This document shows, one piece after another, positions 46,985 through 57,372 of a stretch of DNA of 64,000 nucleotides. Below the pieces are notes generated by a model. That model did no database searches, was not told where the DNA came from, and worked only from the letters and a program-made list of their open reading frames with translations. The translations under genes and the position numbers were made by a program. How positions within the stretch are numbered: the first letter of the stretch is position 1; each line of letters opens with the position of its first letter. The DNA comes from an uncultured bacterium (GTDB taxonomy: Bacteria > Desulfobacterota_D > UBA1144 > Nemesobacterales > UBA2774): positions 24,021-88,020 of the forward strand of contig CAVPJU010000003.1 of assembly GCA_963705505.1 (NCBI GenBank), read 5' to 3'.

Positions 46985-48518
46985 TTAAAACCTTATCTGG
47001 AAGTCGAACATGTAGCTCCACTCGTCGATGCTCTTGTCGGCGCCGTAAAGCGGGAACTGCACGTTAAAGCCCGGGCTGTATTTCCTGCCGAACCTTATAC
47101 CCGAGGACGCGAAGAGGTCGGTCTTCTCGAACGTGTCCGCGGTGAGGCACGAATAGCCGTTAAATTCGGCGAAGAGGACGGGGGACGCGATCACGGGGAA
47201 GTTGATGCCGGCGGACGCGCTGTAGTCCACCCTGAACTCGAAATTCTGCCCCTCGAGCTCGCTCGCATTGAGCACCCAGTCCGTCGCGGCCATCGCCTGT
47301 ATATTGAATATGCCCCTCCACGCCGCAGCGGTTACATAAGGCGTTACCGTCCAGGCCTTCTGGAGGTTTATCGGAAAATTCCTTCTGAATAGCGTGAGCG
47401 TCGAGAGCCTGTCTATATTGTCCTTATATGAAGTCGGGAGTATGAGCTGGAGACCTCCCGGAGACGACAGAGTTATGGGTCTTGAAAAGGAGGAACTTGC
47501 CCCCGGCCAGCAGGTTGGCTAATTCGAATCCGTCCTTAACTGCCTCCTTGTTCACGTCCACCGCGTTCACTCCGGACTGAGAGAGCTTGACGTACACCCC
47601 CCAGAGCTGGTTCGATGAAGGGATGTCCGCCCTGATCGAATAGAATACGAATTGTCCGGTGATGTCATTTTTCATATTGACTATCTCGAGGTCGGCCCTG
47701 AACCTGCCTAAAGGCAGGGGCTCTTCCATGAAAAAGGGATAGGCGAGGTCTATGGCTTCGTCCTTATTGGGAGTGAATTCTATGGGGCCGCTTACAGACA
47801 TGAAGGTCTTCGTGAACGGGTTGTATAAACCGATCTGCCTGTCGTAGACGAAATTCCTCATGGGGTTGAGGATGTGACCGAGTATCTTCGCCGGCACGAA
47901 GTTGGTGGAGACGAGCCAGTTGGACGACTCCTCGAGCACGATGCCGAGCGCCGTGCCGACGACAGGGGTCGAAATGAGGTCCTGGAGCGACGGGGTCTCG
48001 ACCGTCCCCTCGACCGTGTATTCGAATAGGGTGCTCTGTACAACGGCTCCGAGCGCGGACACCAGGACGCTGTGCCCCATCGCCCTGTAGAACAGGTAAT
48101 CCTGGGAGCCTATGACCGGGTGAGTCACCCAATTAGTGAAGAACGAATCGCCGTCGTCCCATTCCGGCCACTGTGATATATTGTCCCACCATTTGGAGAA
48201 GGACGCAGAGAATATCCTGCTGTTCTTGTTCCTTACGTAAAAGAACCTGGCGGCCCATTGACCTGCGTACAAGATCGCCGTATCGCGGAGAAAGGCCTTA
48301 ACACCGAGATGTTCCTCATACGACCCGCCGAAACCATACTTCTCGGGCTTGATTTTCTCCTCATCCTTGGTCTGGTTCTCGTATCCGGAATCCACGCTGC
48401 CTGAGGCTGCGTAATCGAAAAGGTCTTTTACCTCGACGTTTTCCTGCGCGCCCGCCTGCGCCGCAATGACGACGATCAAAATAATAAAGATATGCCCGTA
48501 CACAATCCTCACTCTCAC
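46985..48518 (-). CDS. DUF3943-family secreted/outer-membrane-associated protein, apparently split by a frame shift (ORFs 47424-48518 and 46985-47293); the downstream frame is open from 47518
   Basis: The upstream ORF has a signal peptide and the DUF3943 body. The downstream frame translates as beta-strand-rich sequence ending ...FDFQIRF (C-terminal Phe, beta-barrel-like). The two frames overlap around a C5 run at 47500-47504. Confidence 0.4.
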
Positions 48519-48596
48519 TCCCTCGTCCTGCGGTCCGGCTCGAATCCGATAAAATTGAAGAGATAAAATACCCTAAAAATTATATATTCTAAATAG

Positions 48597-49748
48597 TTAT
48601 TTGAGGCCGAGTAATTTTTTCGCCCTTTCCTCCCAGGTATAGCCCTTTACGTCGGAATAGGCTCTCTCCGAGATTCGTTTGGCGAGGCTCGGGTCCCCGA
48701 GGATTTTTTGTATGCCCTCGAAGAGCGCCTGAGCGCTGTCGGGCTTAACGAGGACCGCATTCACCCCGTCTTCCAGTATCTCGCAGACGGATGGTATGGA
48801 CGTGGCCAGGATCGGACGGCCTGAGGCCATGTACTCGAATAATTTTATCGGGGATGTGAAATCCTGCGCTTTCGTCCCCCCCCTGATCGTCATCCGGGAC
48901 GTATAGGGCATGACCAGGAGGTCCGATGCAGCGAGATAAAGCGGCACGGTGTGGTGAGAGACGTAGCTCGTAAGCCTGAAATTCACGGCGTTTTTTTCCT
49001 TGGCGAGCTTCCTGTACCTGACGACATCGCTCTCGAGACCCCCCACGATAAGGAAAAGGACGTCGTCCAGGCGTGACGCGATGTCTATTAAATACTCGAT
49101 CCCCCTCCCCTCGTAAATGTTCCCCGTGTAACACACTATCTTCTTTTCCGCGGGCAGTCCGAGGTCAGCCCGAGCTTTCTCAAACGCCGGAAGCGACTTG
49201 TAGCGCTCGAGGTCCACACCGTTATGCGCGATCACGAGCTTCTCCGGGGGAAGCCCTTCCTTGAGATATATGTCCCCGAGCCCCCGGGAATTGACCGAGA
49301 AACGCAAGAGGCTCTGAGAGTCCTTAAACGACTTGAACAGCACGCGTGCGCCCGTCACCAGGGGGTGGTGAGCGTCGTACACCGTGGGGATGCCGAAAAC
49401 ATTTATCGCGAGCCAGGCGAACACGATGTTCCTCGTCACGGCGACATCGAACTCGCTCCGCTTCGTCCTCGCATACACCGCGCTGAGCGCGCCGTGCACT
49501 ATATTCCTCACGGACGAGTTGCCGAAGTAGGGGAACGAAACGATCCTGAAATTCGACTCCACGCCGTAATACTGATATATCTCGCCGGGGCTCCTGTATG
49601 CGGGGATTATGAGCCGGGTGCTGATGCCTAACCGTCCCATCGCCTGGCACATTTTCATTATATGTATGGCGCTTGCGCCCTTTGAAAAGAGCTCGGGGCT
49701 CCCTATGTAGACAACTCTCGAAGGCAATCCGCTCTGCATCATCAACAC
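48597..49748 (-). CDS. Family 4 glycosyltransferase (GT4, retaining GT-B fold)
   Basis: The C-terminal half carries the GT4 E-X7-E region (FEYMASGRPILAT...). Start codon ambiguous (GTG 49748, ATG 49742 or ATG 49739). Confidence 0.75.
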   Translation of the reverse strand: MLMMQSGLPSRVVYIGSPELFSKGASAIHIMKMCQAMGRLGISTRLIIPAYRSPGEIYQYYGVESNFRIVSFPYFGNSSVRNIVHGALSAVYARTKRSEFDVAVTRNIVFAWLAINVFGIPTVYDAHHPLVTGARVLFKSFKDSQSLLRFSVNSRGLGDIYLKEGLPPEKLVIAHNGVDLERYKSLPAFEKARADLGLPAEKKIVCYTGNIYEGRGIEYLIDIASRLDDVLFLIVGGLESDVVRYRKLAKEKNAVNFRLTSYVSHHTVPLYLAASDLLVMPYTSRMTIRGGTKAQDFTSPIKLFEYMASGRPILATSIPSVCEILEDGVNAVLVKPDSAQALFEGIQKILGDPSLAKRISERAYSDVKGYTWEERAKKLLGLK

Positions 49749-49955
49749 CGGCTCGAATCAGGAAAGTTCACCGGAATATTATATGTTCAATTTTAATATT
49801 GACCAGTTTCGTTTGACCGGGAGCCGGGGTATTTTGCCCCGAATTAGAAATAGACGTGCGTGTTGGATATAATTAGCGTGTATTTGCTTTATGTAATAAG
49901 AGACTGACCGTCCGGATCAACACAAAAAACATATATCCAATCTCAAGGAAGCATA

Positions 49956-51214
49956 ATGGAAGTACGATCGATAAGGGGATTCCACGACATCCTGCCCGAG
50001 GAAATCAGAAGGTGGCATTATATAGAGGAAAAGGCCAAAACCGTCTTCGAGCTCTACGGGTTTTCCGAGATCAGGATACCCGTCATCGAATTCACTGAAA
50101 TCTTCTCAAGGAGCCTGGGCACGACTACGGATATCGTGGAGAAGGAGATGTACACGTTTGAGGACAGGGACGGCTCGTCGCTGACGCTCAGGCCCGAAGG
50201 CACTGCGGGCGTCGTCAGAGCGTTCATAGAGAACTCGATGTGGGCGAAATCCCCCGTCACGAAGCTCTACTACGGGGGCATGATGTTCAGACACGAAAGG
50301 CCGCAAAAGGGGCGCTACAGGGGGTTTTATCAGATAGGCGCGGAAATCTTCGGACCCGAAGAGCCGTCTTCGGATGCGGAGCTCATAGCGATGGTCTGGA
50401 GGCTATTCGAGGAGATCGGAATAACGGAGTATTTAAAACTCGAGTTAAGCTCGCTCGGGGACAAAAACTGCAGGCCGCAGTACAAGGAAAAACTCACCGC
50501 GTATTTCACCCCTCAAAGGGGTGAGCTCTGCGAGGACTGCAGGAGGAGGCTCGAGACGAATCCCCTCAGAATACTCGACTGCAAGGAGAAGGGGTGCAGG
50601 GAGATCGCCGAGCGCGCCCCCAAGATGATAGACAACCTCTGCGCAGACTGCACCCGGCATTTCGACGAGGTAAAGGAAAATCTGGAGAGCGTCGGCGTCC
50701 CATTCGTCATCAACCCCAAGATAGTCAGGGGGCTTGACTACTATACGCGGACGGTTTTCGAAATAACCACCGAAGAGCTCGGGTCGCAGAACGCGGTCGC
50801 CGCAGGCGGGAGGTACGACGGGCTCGTCGAGGAGCTGGGAGGGCCCCTGGTACGCCGGCAGTCGGGTTTGCCATGGGCCTGGAGAGGCTCGTGCTGCTTC
50901 ACGAGAAGGCTTTCCCCGACGGGTTCGGCAAGGAAGTCAGGGTGTTCATCGCACACCTGGGCGAAGAAGCCAGGAAAAAGGCGTTTATGCTCGCGTCCGA
51001 GCTCAGGAAAAAAGGCGTCCCCACGGAGACCGAGTACGGCGTCAAGAGCCTCAAAAGCCAGCTCAAGCGCGCCGACAAATCGGGGGCCAGGTATACGTTT
51101 ATATTAGGCGAAGACGAGCTTAACCGGGGCGTCGTAAAGGTGAGGTATATGGATACGAGCACCGAGGAAGAGATGGAAACCGGCCGCGCGCTGAAGCTCG
51201 TCACCGAACGATAA
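49956..51214 (+). CDS. hisS: Histidine--tRNA ligase (HisS), interrupted by an apparent single-base deletion at a C4 run (50844-50847); the two pieces are ORFs 49956-51107 and 50873-51214
   Basis: Class II aaRS motifs 1-3 lie in the first ORF. After GGRYDGLVEELGGP the frame is lost. In the +2 frame the sequence continues TPAVGFAMGLERLVLL, which is the canonical HisS motif 3 and anticodon-binding domain. Inserting one C restores GGPPGTPAVGFAMGLERL. Confidence 0.75.
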
Positions 51215-51256
51215 TGCAGGGACGGGAGTCCCTTAAGCAGCTATATCGTCACCCGC

Positions 51257-51778
51257 TCACTTTGCTTTCCAGTAAAGCGAGTTCACTTCGAGGTAGTCCT
51301 TGATGAACATATCGGCGAGCTCGGAAACGTTCCCCTCGACGCATTCCTTAAGCTCAGCAGTATTGCATGACAGGAGCTTCCCCACAGACCACGTGGAGGC
51401 AGCGGTCGTGATATTCTGCCCGAGCTTCTTCCCGAAAAGCACCACGGTCTGGCATAGCTCGAGGTCGAGGTAAATGGCGTAGTGATCGCCGCTCGCAGCT
51501 TTGCTGGCGACGACTTTAACGAGGAGGTAAGCGCCTCCGAAGACGGTGAACCACTTCCTGTCCTCGAGCACCTTTATATTCGCCTTGTCGAGCTTCTGTA
51601 CTATTAACCCCTTTATGTCCCCTTCCTTAACCCCGTCCTCTCTCGCGAAGTCCGATACCTCGTCCACTATTACGGCGACGCCGGATATGTCGGCGAGCGT
51701 TTCCTTGCCCGCGGCCAAAGCCGATACGCCCGGGAGAAGCACGCTAAGAAACAAAATGACTGTCGGAGCGATTCTCAA
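51257..51778 (-). CDS. Hypothetical secreted protein (signal peptide; TTG start)
   Basis: N-terminal signal peptide MRIAPTVILFLSVLLPGVSALAAG. No RBS and a TTG start, so confidence is low. Confidence 0.35.
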   Translation of the reverse strand: MRIAPTVILFLSVLLPGVSALAAGKETLADISGVAVIVDEVSDFAREDGVKEGDIKGLIVQKLDKANIKVLEDRKWFTVFGGAYLLVKVVASKAASGDHYAIYLDLELCQTVVLFGKKLGQNITTAASTWSVGKLLSCNTAELKECVEGNVSELADMFIKDYLEVNSLYWKAK

Positions 51779-51882
51779 TCCGTTTATAAATATATTCAGT
51801 CCGGCGATGAATTAAAAGCGTGATATTCAGAGGATGGCGGGACCGTATAAGGGGCGAATATGCACGGTAAGGAAGCCCGGGC

Positions 51883-54800
51883 TCAGGAGACGTCGCCTGA
51901 TACCTTCTTTCCGCAGAATTCACAGAGGAGCTCGAGATTGGTTTTCACTATTTCGTGGGGACCGGGATAGGATTTTTTTGTAAACACCTTCAAGGCTTCC
52001 TGATAGGCTTCGGCAGCCTTGTCGCTATTCCGCGAGCGGTCTTCCTCCTCGGCGAGGGTCGTATACGCGCCGCCTATATTATTCTCCGTGGTCGCGTACT
52101 GGATGGGGAATTTATCGACCGTGTAGACGATGAGGGCCGTCTCATAGGCGTTGATCGCCCTCTTGCAGTTCTTTGCCCTCTCCTCGACTTCGGAAAGCAT
52201 CCTGTACACGACTCCCAGGTTATTCTGCGTCGCCGCGAACTGCAGCGGGTAGCTCTGGATCGTCCTCACCTTGAGCGCCTTTTCGAACGTCTTCACGGCC
52301 ATCTTGCAGTTGGCCTCTTTTTCCTCGACGTCCGCAAGCGTCATGTAGGCAGTACCGAGGTTATTCTTCGTGGAGCCGAACTGGACGGGGTGCTCCTTTT
52401 CGTTGTATACCCTGAACGCCTCCCTGTAGGAATTCACGGCCCTCTTGCAGTTCTTCCCCTTCTCCTCGACCTCGGCGAGAGTCCTGTAAACTATGCCAAG
52501 GTTGTTCTGTGTCGCGGCGTACTCGAGCGGGTATTCCTTGAGGTTATACACTTTGAGCACGCGCTCGAAAGATCTTACGCCCTTCTTCAAATACTCCGCC
52601 GCTTCCCCTGTCTCGGCCAGACGCTTATACAGGGTCCCGAGGCTGCTCAGTATGGACGCGTATTCCACGGGCATCCGCTCGCACGTATAGTATTTGAGCG
52701 CCTCCTCAAACGACTCCGCCGCGGCTTTGAAGCTCTCGGGGTCGCCTGAATTTTCAGAAATGCTCTCAAAGGCGGCCGCGATATTCTTCCGGATGAGCCC
52801 GTAGTCCTGCGGCGAGTTTTCAAAAGTAATAACGGCCAGCGCCTTTTCGTATGCGTCTATCGCCTTTCCGTAATACTCCGTCTGCCCCTTCTTGCGGGCA
52901 ATATTGCCGTAGGCTATGCCCATGTACTTATTTATTTCGGCGAAATCAAACGGAGAGGTCTCGCGGCCATATCCGCCGAGCGCTTTCGTGAACGCATCCA
53001 CCGCCAGGAAATTATCGTCGGCGCGCTCCTCGACCTCGGCGAGGACACCGTAAGCGAACCCTATATGCTTCTCTATCCGGCAGTGCTTGGACAGGTGCTG
53101 CGCGGGATCGAAAACACCGAGCGCTTCGGTGTATGCGCCGATCGCCTTTTTATACTCCCCCGGATGACCTTTTATCTCCGCAAGCGCGCGGTATATGTTG
53201 CCCGTGCTCTCCTTAATCGCGCCGAACTCGAGTGGGGATTTTTCCTTCGTGAGCACACGTAAAGCCTCGTTATACGCACCGATAGCCCGTTCATAGCTCT
53301 TGACGTCACCCGATTTCTCGGCAATATGCGTGCATGAAGACGCGATGCCGCTTTGTGTCGCCGCATACTCCTCGGGGGACTCTTCAAACGAATAGAATTT
53401 GAGAGCGTCTTCGTAAGATTTCAACGCCTTTCTGAAATTATTCTGAACCCCGCTGGTCATCCCCAGCTCCTCATACGCTCTGCCGAGACCCAGCTTCAGT
53501 GATGCGTACAGGAGAGGCGATTCCCCGGACGAGTCATGCTTTAAGCTCTCTTCGTAGTACTCCACAGCCTCTTCGGGGTTATCGAATTCGACTTCCCGGG
53601 AGAGGGTTATAATATCCGCCTCTTCACCGGGCGCGCTCCCGCACTCTTCTGTCTGCGCCGGCTCCGACCCGGTTTCGTATTCGTCATGCTTTACGATTTT
53701 CAGCAGAGGGCGCTCTCTATCTTTTTCGGGCTCTTCAACTGCGGACTGAAATTCATTAGCTTCGTCTGTTTCAGCGGTCCCGGCCTCATCATTCCCGGAC
53801 ATTAAGCCCCGCACGTTCCCGAGGCTTTCCATAACCTCTCCATATTCACGGGGAAACTCATCAGGGGTAAAAACCCTGAGCGCCTCCTCAAACGCGTGAA
53901 CGGCGCTCTCCATGCTCCCTGGTTCATCCGGAGCCGCGAGGATTTCCGAATAGAGCTTCCCGATCTCGCTCTGGATCCCGGCGTATTCGGACGGATGATC
54001 GGAAATATTAAAAATCCCGAGCGCGTGCTTATACGCTTCGACCGCCTTCCCCGCGTTGATAAGCGGCTCTTCAACCCTGCTCAGAGCGGCGTAAGCGGAG
54101 CCCAGCCGCTTCCGTATGACCGCGTGCTCGAGCGGGAAAAGCCCTGCAGTATGGTAGTTGAGCGCTTCCTGATAACATCCTATCTTTTTATTGATGTCCC
54201 ACGCCTCTACATCTCCGAGCTCACTTAAGAGCCCCCCCAGAAGCCCGTATAGCTCCTTCCGCTTATCCGCGCACGGTTCATCGGTGAAGAAGGAGAGGGC
54301 TTCCTTATAAGAATCTACGGCAAGCTCAATATTGACCGCCCTCTCGTCCGTTATGCTCCCGTAAAAATCGCCGATCCTCCTGTGGGCTTCCGCGTACTCG
54401 GCCGGGAAATCGAGCGGGTCATAGAGACTGAGTAGCCCTCTATAGCTCACGGCCGCTCCCTCGCGGTCTCCCGAGCTCTCGAGCGATTCGGCAAGCGCCG
54501 TATACAATGCACCGAGAGAGCGGGTGATATCCATATATTCCTCCTCCCTCTCACGGCCGCAGCACTCCAGCGCTTCGGAATAAGCGACTATAGCCTTCCT
54601 CAGGTCATCGACACCGCCTCTTTCTCTGTAGAGCCTTTCGAATACTTCTCCAAGCTTTCTACCATTAGCCGAGTGCTCCCTTCGGGCGATTTCCTCGGGA
54701 TAGTGCATGAGCGCCTCGTCGTAGTATTCGATCGCCTTTTCCGGATCGTTCGATTCAGCCTGCATATCGCCGAGCGCCTTGAGCACATCCCCGATTCTGA

Positions 54801-56148
54801 TGTTAACTATTCTCGAATCCTCTGCGGCGCTTTCGCGAGTGTAGATGCTTAATGATTCCTCATAAGCATTCAACGCTTCCTCGTAGACAGCCCTGTCGCC
54901 GTTAGCGCGGGCGAGCGACTCGTAAGCATCGCCGAGCCTCATTTTCATAAGCGCATACTCGGCCGGTGAATTCTCAAGCAGTCCGCAGGAAAGAGATTCC
55001 AGAAAAGACTCCACTGCCTGCCTCCCGTACTCACGCTCCCCAGTCAGGGAGAAGAGAGCGCCGAGCGCGACCCCGAGGTTATTGCGGACTGCGGCAAACT
55101 CGCGGGGGTACCTGTCGGCCCTGAAGAACCCGAGGACCTCTTTATAGATACCTGCGGCTCTCTCAATATTATCCTTCTCATCCTGTGAAAACGAATAGCG
55201 TATGAGCGTGTCGGCAAGCTTCTTTCCCATTATGGCCGCGAGTAATCCGGGTTTTTCCCGCCCGAGTATCCTTTCGTAGACCCCGGCGCACTTCCCTGAA
55301 TACCGACGCAGAACGTCGGTGTCGTCCTCCGATTCCAGGAGTCCCGAATAGAGGGACGCGAGACAGCTGAGGATCCGTGAAGGGACCTGCCTGCCCGTCT
55401 TCGATTCCCATGCGTCGAGCTCTTCGTATAATTCGTCAACGTCGGCGAAGCCGAAATCGTTCCGCGATGTGCAGTATCCGGACACCCTGAGCGCGGCATT
55501 CCGCAAGCTGCCGGCGTCTTCCGGACGCGGAATCTCGACGGTATTGAGACAATCGTTGATATAGCTCTCCATGATCCCGGGGAGAGCTTGCTCTAATCTT
55601 TTCATTATCGGATTTTCGGGGGATTCGCCGTGCTCGACACCGGCTGGGGGTCCGAGGTCTATGCTTTCCTGCAAATGACCGTTCAGAACTTTTTCGTAGT
55701 AAAAGCGTGCCGAATCCAACACACGCCCGGTTTCCGGCTCAAAGGAAGTTTTGGAATCTCCGTTCCGGTTTATCTCCCCGTCCGCTCCGTTTGACGAGCA
55801 TTTTCTTCCGAGAGTGAGGATAATTTTTCCACCGCCCCTCAGAAACCCGAATTCATAAAACTCGTCAGGGCCCAGTCCGTCGAGTATAAGGACACCGAGC
55901 AGACATTCCCTGGCAAGCTCTTCGAAACGATCGATGTATTGTCCGTTCAGAAAGGCGTAATCGGAGAGTAAATTGACCTGAATACCTTTTTGGAGGAGAT
56001 AATTCCTGAGGGGGTCGAGAATATCGCGGATGTCGCCGGCATTGCTCCCTGACCCGTGCAGAACGACGCACGTGAGCTCACTCCCGGCACTGATAAGCCC
56101 GCAGATTTTCCTTGTTCCCGTTAACCCGGACTGAGTCCTGCCTGACAT
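51883..56148 (-). CDS. Giant (1421 aa) cytoplasmic tetratricopeptide-like repeat protein with an uncharacterised roughly 130-aa N-terminal alpha/beta domain (possibly TIR/Rossmann-like)
   Basis: RBS GAGGGG. About 25 tandem 40-42-aa repeats with the recurring pattern EYA.TQNNLG.VYR.LAEVEE...NC..A...Y.EAL.VYT. The N-terminal domain (CVVLHGSGSNAGDIRDILDPLRNYLLQKGIQVNLLSDYAFLNG...) matches nothing I can name. No NTPase motif is visible. Confidence 0.7.
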   Translation of the reverse strand: MSGRTQSGLTGTRKICGLISAGSELTCVVLHGSGSNAGDIRDILDPLRNYLLQKGIQVNLLSDYAFLNGQYIDRFEELARECLLGVLILDGLGPDEFYEFGFLRGGGKIILTLGRKCSSNGADGEINRNGDSKTSFEPETGRVLDSARFYYEKVLNGHLQESIDLGPPAGVEHGESPENPIMKRLEQALPGIMESYINDCLNTVEIPRPEDAGSLRNAALRVSGYCTSRNDFGFADVDELYEELDAWESKTGRQVPSRILSCLASLYSGLLESEDDTDVLRRYSGKCAGVYERILGREKPGLLAAIMGKKLADTLIRYSFSQDEKDNIERAAGIYKEVLGFFRADRYPREFAAVRNNLGVALGALFSLTGEREYGRQAVESFLESLSCGLLENSPAEYALMKMRLGDAYESLARANGDRAVYEEALNAYEESLSIYTRESAAEDSRIVNIRIGDVLKALGDMQAESNDPEKAIEYYDEALMHYPEEIARREHSANGRKLGEVFERLYRERGGVDDLRKAIVAYSEALECCGREREEEYMDITRSLGALYTALAESLESSGDREGAAVSYRGLLSLYDPLDFPAEYAEAHRRIGDFYGSITDERAVNIELAVDSYKEALSFFTDEPCADKRKELYGLLGGLLSELGDVEAWDINKKIGCYQEALNYHTAGLFPLEHAVIRKRLGSAYAALSRVEEPLINAGKAVEAYKHALGIFNISDHPSEYAGIQSEIGKLYSEILAAPDEPGSMESAVHAFEEALRVFTPDEFPREYGEVMESLGNVRGLMSGNDEAGTAETDEANEFQSAVEEPEKDRERPLLKIVKHDEYETGSEPAQTEECGSAPGEEADIITLSREVEFDNPEEAVEYYEESLKHDSSGESPLLYASLKLGLGRAYEELGMTSGVQNNFRKALKSYEDALKFYSFEESPEEYAATQSGIASSCTHIAEKSGDVKSYERAIGAYNEALRVLTKEKSPLEFGAIKESTGNIYRALAEIKGHPGEYKKAIGAYTEALGVFDPAQHLSKHCRIEKHIGFAYGVLAEVEERADDNFLAVDAFTKALGGYGRETSPFDFAEINKYMGIAYGNIARKKGQTEYYGKAIDAYEKALAVITFENSPQDYGLIRKNIAAAFESISENSGDPESFKAAAESFEEALKYYTCERMPVEYASILSSLGTLYKRLAETGEAAEYLKKGVRSFERVLKVYNLKEYPLEYAATQNNLGIVYRTLAEVEEKGKNCKRAVNSYREAFRVYNEKEHPVQFGSTKNNLGTAYMTLADVEEKEANCKMAVKTFEKALKVRTIQSYPLQFAATQNNLGVVYRMLSEVEERAKNCKRAINAYETALIVYTVDKFPIQYATTENNIGGAYTTLAEEEDRSRNSDKAAEAYQEALKVFTKKSYPGPHEIVKTNLELLCEFCGKKVSGDVS

Positions 56149-56607
56149 ATCCCGTTATCCCCTCTGGAGCTCCCGGAAACTTACGCGCTTTAATAAATCC
56201 ATTCGACAAAAAGCGCCGCTTCCGGATTACATCTGCAAACAGTCTGAGGGAGGGAATCCTGAAGACACAGTGCCGGCTAAGACACATTTAAGGAGCGAAC
56301 TTAAGGCATGTCCCGACTTCGGCAGCCCAGCCGCCGTCATGCTCGATCTGAGAGCATTAAGGCCTGTGACTTTGCGTCCCACCCTTTCGAATGGTTTGCC
56401 TTTTCGGTCATGGAAATCTATGACCCCAACTTAATAAAAGTTATATCTTATTCGGGTCCGTGTCAATGTAATTTCAATAATAATTACGGACATAAAGATG
56501 GAGAAGAGCCCCTTTTCAGGTAAAATTCCGCCCTCTCGGTTGAATTTTATTTTGAATGCTGTGTTTTATCCGAATCCGGACTACCCGATCCGACCCGCCC
56601 CAGGTTT

Positions 56608-57039
56608 TTATTCTATTTTTTTGAAGCACTGGCCGCAAAATTTCGTCCCCTCGTATATCTCCGCCCCGCAGTCGCAAAAAGCCACGACCCTCGGTTTGGC
56701 AAGGGCCATGACGCTCCCGAGGGCCTTGCTGGCGTTTACATGCACAAGCCTCAGCCGCTCCTCCCACTCTTCGATCTCGGCCTCGATATTATCTATTTCA
56801 CCGCACCTCGCCCCTATGGTCTCTTCGACGACTTTCCCCGTATGCTTGAACGTCCTGTAAACGGTGCTCCCCATATCGAATAGAGCCTCCCTCTTCCTGC
56901 GGCCAAGCTGCCTCAGGGTGTTTTTGATTCTAATCGCGTCGTATGCCTCTTTCGACCTTATATTTATTATCCTGAGGCCTTTATTTACCCCGTCTTTAAA
57001 TATTGTTAGAATGTCCCGGGTGTCCGGATTATCCGACAT
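56608..57039 (-). CDS. Small protein with a C-terminal zinc-ribbon (CDCG...CGQC)
   Basis: RBS GAGAGGAG. 143 aa with a C-terminal four-Cys ribbon. Lies upstream of the giant TPR gene on the same strand. Confidence 0.5.
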   Translation of the reverse strand: MSDNPDTRDILTIFKDGVNKGLRIINIRSKEAYDAIRIKNTLRQLGRRKREALFDMGSTVYRTFKHTGKVVEETIGARCGEIDNIEAEIEEWEERLRLVHVNASKALGSVMALAKPRVVAFCDCGAEIYEGTKFCGQCFKKIE

Positions 57040-57372
57040 TGTCTCGCTCCTCTCGTTTAATCAATAAAACCGTCCCGTCGGGCAGGCTCTCAAAATGATA
57101 CTCGATTAAGTCAAAAGGAGAAACGGATAATTCATTGCGAAGCTCAAAAAAGAACCCGGACATTCTCGATTGTCCCCTGCCCCGAGGAAAAATGATTGAC
57201 TGGGGGAAGAGATAGGATAATCTTTTATAAGTCTTTTTCGGTTATGTCTTTTAGAGGAGTGTAAGAAATATCGTCTTTCTACTCGCACCACGCTGCTGAC
57301 CCTCCTGAAAAGCCCGGAAGTCAGGCTGCCCTGCCCGAAAATATTAACAGATAAATCCTAGGGGGAATTTCG

